Shown here: positions 57,801 to 64,000 of the stretch, one piece after another
Layout of the letters: the number at the start of each line of letters is the position of its first letter
How positions within the stretch are numbered: the stretch's first letter is position 1
Source: Macrostomum lignano
Lineage: Eukaryota
NCBI GenBank assembly: GCA_002269645.1
Contig: NIVC01002764.1
Coordinates: 38,755 to 102,754, forward strand
Direction: 5' to 3'
Length of the DNA stretch: 64,000 nt
The notes under the pieces: generated by a model
The model's input: only the letters and a program-made list of their open reading frames with translations
Told to the model about the DNA's origin: nothing
Database searches by the model: none
Program-made: the position numbers and the translations under genes

Positions 57801-60800
57801 GGTCATTCGATGGAGCTACCCACAGGTCATTCGATGGAGCTACCCACAGGTCATTCGATGGAGCTACCCACAGGTCATTCGATGGAGCTACCCACAGGTC
57901 ATTCGATGGAGCTACCCACAGGTCATTCGATGGAGCTACCCTCAGATTCATCCGATGGAGCTACCCTCAGATTCATCCGATGGAGCTACCCTCAGGTTCA
58001 TCCATGGAGCTACCCTCAGGTTCATCCGATGGAGCTACCCTCAGGTTCATCCGATGGAGCTACCCTCAGGTTCATCCGATGGAGCTACCCTCAGGTTCAT
58101 CCGATGGAGCTACCCACAGGTCATTCGATGGAGCTACCCACAGGTCATTCGATGGAGCTACCCACAGGTCATTCGATGGAGCTACCACAGGTCATTCGAT
58201 GGAGCTACCCACAGGTCATTCGATGGAGCTACCCACAGGTCATTCGATGGAGCTACCCACAGGTCATCCGATGGAGCTACCCTCAGGTTCATCCGATGGA
58301 GCTACCCTCAGGTTCATCGATGGAGCTACCCTCAGGTTCATCCGATGGAGCTACCCTCAGGTTCATCCGATGGAGCTACCCACAGGTCATTCGATGGAGC
58401 TACCCACAGGTCATTCGATGGAGCTACCCACAGGTCATTCGATGGAGCTACTCACAGGTCATTCGATGGAGCTACCCACGGGTCATTCGATGGAGCTACC
58501 CACAGGTCATCCGATGGAGCTACCCTCAGGTTCATCCGATGGAGCTACCCTCAGATTCATCCGATGAGCTACCTCGGTTCATCCGATGGAGCTACCCACA
58601 GGTCATTCGATGGAGCTACCCACAGGTCATTCGATGGAGCTACCCACAGGTCATTCGATGGAGCTACCCACAGGTCATTCGATGGAGCTACCCACAGGTC
58701 ATTCGATGGAGCTACCCACAGGTCATTCGATGGAGCTACCCACAGGTCATTCGATGGAGCTACCCTCAGATTCATCGATGGAGCTACCCTCAGGTTCATC
58801 CGATGGAGCTACCCTCAGATTCATCGATGGAGCTACCCTCAGGTTCATCCATGGAGCTACCCTCAGGTTCATCCGATGGAGCTACCCTCAGGTTCATCCG
58901 ATGGAGCTACCCTCAGGTTCATCGATGGAGCTACCCTCAGGTTCATCCGATGGAGCTACCCACAGGTCATTCGATGGAGCTACCCACAGGTCATTCGATG
59001 GAGCTACCCACAGGTCATTCGATGGAGCTACCCACAGGTCATTCGATGGAGCTACCCACAGGTCATTCGATGGAGCTACCCACAGGTCATTCGATGGAGC
59101 TACCCACAGGTCATTCGATGGAGCTACCCACAGGTCATTCGATGGAGCTACCCACAGGTCATTCGATGGAGCTACCCTCAGATTCATCCGATGGAGCTAC
59201 CCTCAGGTTCATCCGATGGAGCTACCCTCAGATTCATCCGATGGAGCTACCCTCAGGTTCATCCATGGAGCTACCCTCAGGTTCATCGATGGAGCTACCC
59301 TCAGATTCATCGATAGCTACCCACAGGTCCCTCGATGGAGCTACCCACAGGTCATTCGATGGAGCTACCCACAGGTCATTCGATGGAGCTACCCACAGGT
59401 CATTCGATGGAGCTACCCACAGGTCATTCGATGGAGCTACCCACAGGTCATTCGATGGAGCTCTCACAGGTCATTCGATGGAGCTACCCACGGTCATTCG
59501 ATGGAGCTACCCACAGGTCATCCGATGGAGCTACCCTCAGGTTCATCCGATGGAGCTACCCTCAGATTCATCCGATGAGCTACCTCGGTTCATCCGATGG
59601 AGCTACCCTCAGGTTCCTCGATGGAGCTACCCACAGGTCATTCGATGGAGCTACCCACAGGTCATTCGATGGAGCTACCCACAGGTCATTCGATGGAGCT
59701 ACCCACAGGTCATTCGATGGAGCTACCCACAGGTCATTCGATGGAGCTACCCACAGGTCATTCGATGGAGCTACCCACAGGTCATTCGATGGAGCTACCC
59801 ACAGGTCATTCGATGGAGCTACCCTCAGATTCATCCGATGGAGCTACCCTCAGATTCATCCGATGGAGCTACCCTCAGGTTCATCCAATGGAGCTACCCT
59901 CAGGTTCATCCGATGGAGCTACCCTCAGGTTCATCCGATGGAGCTACCCTCAGGTTCATCCGATGGAGCTACCCTCAGGTTCATCCGATGGAGCTACCCA
60001 CAGGTCATTCGATGGAGCTACCCACAGGTCATTCGATGGAGCTACCCACAGGTCATTCGATGGAGCTACCCACAGGTCATTCGATGGAGCTACCCACAGG
60101 TCATTCGATGGAGCTACCCACAGGTCATTCGATGGAGCTACCCACAGGTCATCGATGGAGCTACCCTCAGGTTCATCCGATGGAGCTACCCTCAGGTTCA
60201 TCCGATGGAGCTACCCTCAGGTTCATCCGATGGAGCTACCCTCAGGTTCATCCGATGGAGCTACCCACAGGTCATTCGATGGAGCTACCCACAGGTCATT
60301 CGATGGAGCTACCCACAGGTCATTCGATGGAGCTACCCACAGGTCCCTCGATGGAGCTACCACAGGTCCTCATTGGAGCTACCCTCAGATTCATCCGATG
60401 GAGCTACCCTCAGATTCATCCGATGGAGCTACCCTCAGGTTCATCCGATGGAGCTACCCTCAGATTCATCTGATGGAGCTACCCACAGGTCATTCGATGG
60501 AGCAACTCACAGATTCATCCGATGGAGCTACCCTCAGGTTCATCCGATGGAGCTACCCTCAGGTTCATCCGATGGAGCTACCCTCAGGTTCATCCGATGG
60601 AGCTACCCTCAGGTTCATCCGATGGAGCTACCCTCAGGTTCATCCGATGGAGCTACCCTCAGGTTCATTCGATGGAGCTACCCACAGGTCATTCGATGGA
60701 GCTACCCACAGGTCCCTCGATGGAGCTACCCACAGGTCATTCGATGGAGCTACCCACAGGTCATTCGATGGAGCTACCCACAGGTCATTCGATGGAGCTA

Positions 60801-63800
60801 CCCACAGGTCATTCGATGGAGCTACCCACAGGTCATTCGATGGAGCTACCCACAGGTCATTCGATGGAGCTACCCACAGGTCATTCGATGGAGCTACCCA
60901 CAGGTCATTCGATGGAGCTACCCACAGGTCATTCGATGGAGCTACCCTCAGATTCATCCGATGGAGCTACCCTCAGATTCATCCGATGGAGCTACCCTCA
61001 GGTTCATCCAATGGAGCTACCCTCAGGTTCATCCGATGGAGCTACCCTCAGGTTCATCCGATGGAGCTACCCTCAGGTTCATCCGATGGAGCTACCCTCA
61101 GGTTCATCCGATGGAGCTACCCTCAGGTTCATCCGATGGAGCTACCCACAGGTCATTCGATGGAGCTACCCACAGGTCATTCGTGGAGCTACCCACAGGT
61201 CATTCGATGGAGCTACCCACAGGTCATTCGATGGAGCTACCCACAGGTCATTCGATGGAGCTACCCACAGGTCATTCGATGGAGCTACCCACAGGTCATT
61301 CGATGGAGCTACCCACAGGTCATTCGATGGAGCTACCCTCAGATTCATCCGATGGAGCTACCCTCAGGTTCATCTGATGGAGCTACCCTCAGGTTCATCC
61401 GATGGAGCTACCCTCAGGTTCATCCAATGGAGCTACCCTCAGGTTCATCCGATGGAGCTACCCTCAGGTTCATCCGATGGAGCTACCCTCAGGTTCATCC
61501 GATGGAGCTACCCACAGGTCATTCGATGGAGCTACCCACAGGTCATTCGATGGAGCTACCCACAGGTCATTCGATGGAGCTACCCACAGGTCATTCGATG
61601 GAGCTACCCACAGGTCATTCGATGGAGCTACCCACAGGTCATTCGATGGAGCTACCCACAGGTCATTCGATGGAGCTACCCACAGGTCATCCGATGGAGC
61701 TACCCTCAGGTTCATCCGATGGAGCTACCCTCAGGTTCATCCGATGGAGCTACCCTCAGATTCATCCGATGAAGCTACTCTCGGGTTCATCCGATGGAGC
61801 TACCCTCAGGTTCATCGATGGAGCTACCCTCAGGTTCATCCGATGGAGCTACCCTCAGGTTCATCCGATGGAGCTACCCTCAGGTTCATCCGATGGAGCT
61901 ACCCTCAGGTTCATCCGATGGAGCTACCCACAGGTCATTCGATGGAGCTACCCACAGGTCATTCGATGGAGCTACCCACAGGTCATTCGATGGAGCTACC
62001 CACAGTCTCGATGGAGCTACCCACAGGTCTCATTGGAGCTACCCTCAGATTCATCCGATGGAGCTACCCTCAGATTCATCCGATGGAGCTACCCTCAGGT
62101 TCATCCGATGGAGCTACCCTCAGATTCATCTGATGGAGCTACCCACAGGTCATTCGATGGAGCTACCCACAGGTCATTCGATGGAGCTACCCACAGGTCA
62201 TTCGATGGAGCTACCCACAGGTCATTCGATGGAGCTACCCACAGGTCATCGATGGAGCTACCCTCAGGTTCATCGATGGAGCTACCCTCAGGTTCATCGA
62301 TGGAGCTACCCTCAGGTTCATCGATGGAGCTACCCTCAGGTTCATCGATGAGCTACCCACAGGTCATTCGTTGGAGCTACCCACAGGTCATTCGATGGAG
62401 CTACCCACAGGTCATTCATGGAGCTACCCACAGGTCATTCGATGGAGCTACCCACAGGTCATTCGATGGAGCTACCCACAGGTCATTCGATGGAGCTACC
62501 CACAGGTCATCGATGGAGCTACCCACAGGTCCCTCATTGGAGCTACCCTCAGATTCATCCGATGGAGCTACCCTCAGGTCATCCGATGGAGCTACCCTAC
62601 AGGTCATCGATGGAGCTACCCTCATTCATTCGATGGAGCTACCCACAGGTCATTCGATGGAGCAACTCACAGATTCATCGATGGAGCTACCCTCAGGTTC
62701 ATCCGATGGAGCTACCCTCAGGTTCATCCGATGGAGCTACCCTCAGGTTCATCGATGGAGCTACCCTCAGGTTCATCCGATGGAGCTACCCTCAGGTTCA
62801 TCGATGGAGCTACCCTCAGGTTCATTCGATGGAGCTACCCACAGGTCATTCGATGGAGCTACCACAGGTCATTCGATGGAGCTACCCACAGGTCATTCGA
62901 TGGAGCTACCCACAGGTCATTCGATGGAGCTACCCACAGGTCATTCGATGGAGCTACCCACAGGTCATTCGATGGAGCTACCCACAGGTCATTCGATGGA
63001 GCTACCCACAGGTCATTCGATGGAGCTACCCACAGGTCATTCGATGGAGCTACCCACAGGTCATCGATGGAGCTACCCTCAGGTTCATCGATGGAGCTAC
63101 CCTCAGATTCATCGATGGAGCTACCACAGGTCATCGATGGAGCTACCCACAGGTCATTCGATGGAGCTACCCTCATCATTCGATGGAGCTACCCACAGGT
63201 CATTCGATGGAGCTACCCACAGGTCATTCGATGGAGCTACCCACAGGTCATTCGATGGAGCTACCCTCAGGTCATCCGATGGAGCTACCCTCAGGTTCAT
63301 CGATGGAGCTACCCTCAGGTCATCGATGGAGCTACCCTCAGGTCATCCGATGGAGCTACCCTCAGTCATCCGATGGAGCTACCCTCAGGTTCATCGATGG
63401 AGCTACCCTCAGGTTCATCCGATGGAGCTACCCACAGGTCATCGATGGAGCTACCCACAGGTCATTCGATGGAGCTACCCACAGGTCATTCGATGGAGCT
63501 ACCCACAGCGTCATTCGATGGAGCTACCCACAGGTCATTCGATGGAGCTACCCACAGTTCATCGATGGAGCTACCCACAGGTTCATCGATGGAGCTACCC
63601 TCAGGTTCATCCGATGGAGCTACCCTCAGGTTCATCGATGGAGCTACCCTCAGTTCATCCGATGGAGCTACCCTCAGGTTCATTCGATGGAGCTACCCAC
63701 AGGTCATTCGATGGAGCTACCCACAGGTCATTCGATGGAGCTACCCACAGTCATTCGATGGAGCTACCCACAGGTCTCGATGGAGCCTACCCACAGGCCC

Positions 63801-64000
63801 TCATTGGAGCTACCCTCAGATTCATCCGATGGAGCTACCCTCAGATTCATCCGAGCACCCTCAGGTTCATCCCGATGGAGCTACCCTCAGATTCATCGAT
63901 GGAGCTACCCACAGTCATCGATGGAGCAACTCACGTTCATCCGATGGAGCTACCCTCAGGTTCATCGATGGAGCTACCCTCAGTCATCGATGGAGCTACC
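51858..64000. repeat. >12-kb satellite of two related monomers: A gatggagctacccacaggtcattc (24 bp) and B gatggagctaccctcaggttcatcc (25 bp)
   Basis: Alternating runs of A and B with recurring variant monomers; runs past the end of the window. Confidence 0.99.

Noticed and set aside
51860-63683. Very long ORFs (up to 1199 aa) with MELPTGHS/RWSYPQVI/DGATHRSF repeats
   Set aside because: Both satellite monomers lack stop codons in all + frames, and 25-bp units rotate the frame. These are artefacts of the satellite.
7530-64000. CRISPR-like appearance of the 30-44-bp repeat arrays
   Set aside because: Units are head-to-tail with no unique spacers, there are no cas genes, and the context is eukaryotic.

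Overview
Eukaryotic, intron-rich animal genomic DNA. The GC-rich exons, AT-rich promoter islands and dense minisatellites are consistent with a free-living flatworm such as Macrostomum, but that is an unverified inference. Host genes reconstructed by hand from GT-AG junctions: the 5' part of an SLC5 sodium:solute symporter (-), a complete SCAMP (-), an espin/forked-like gene (+), a 103-aa secreted 10-Cys orphan peptide (+), an intronless COX7C (-), an NFAT5-like Rel-homology factor (+), a complete divergent Cys-loop cation channel subunit (+) and the 3' part of an ephexin-type RhoGEF (-). A young 8,678-bp Ty3/Gypsy LTR retrotransposon (20492-29169) has apparently identical 756-bp LTRs, an ATAC target-site duplication and a GGGAAAC -1 gag-pol frameshift, and sits inside a small TIR element. 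Two of its features stand out: stacked 'LTR-end + tRNA-Leu primer-binding-site' units inside each LTR, and a non-Env third ORF with its own GC-box/TATA promoter and a hidden +1-frame C-terminal segment. Also present are two tRNA-derived SINE families, several MITE-like elements, about 15 micro/minisatellites, and a >12-kb two-monomer (24/25 bp) satellite running off the end of the window. Most long ORFs in the ORF track are repeat artefacts.
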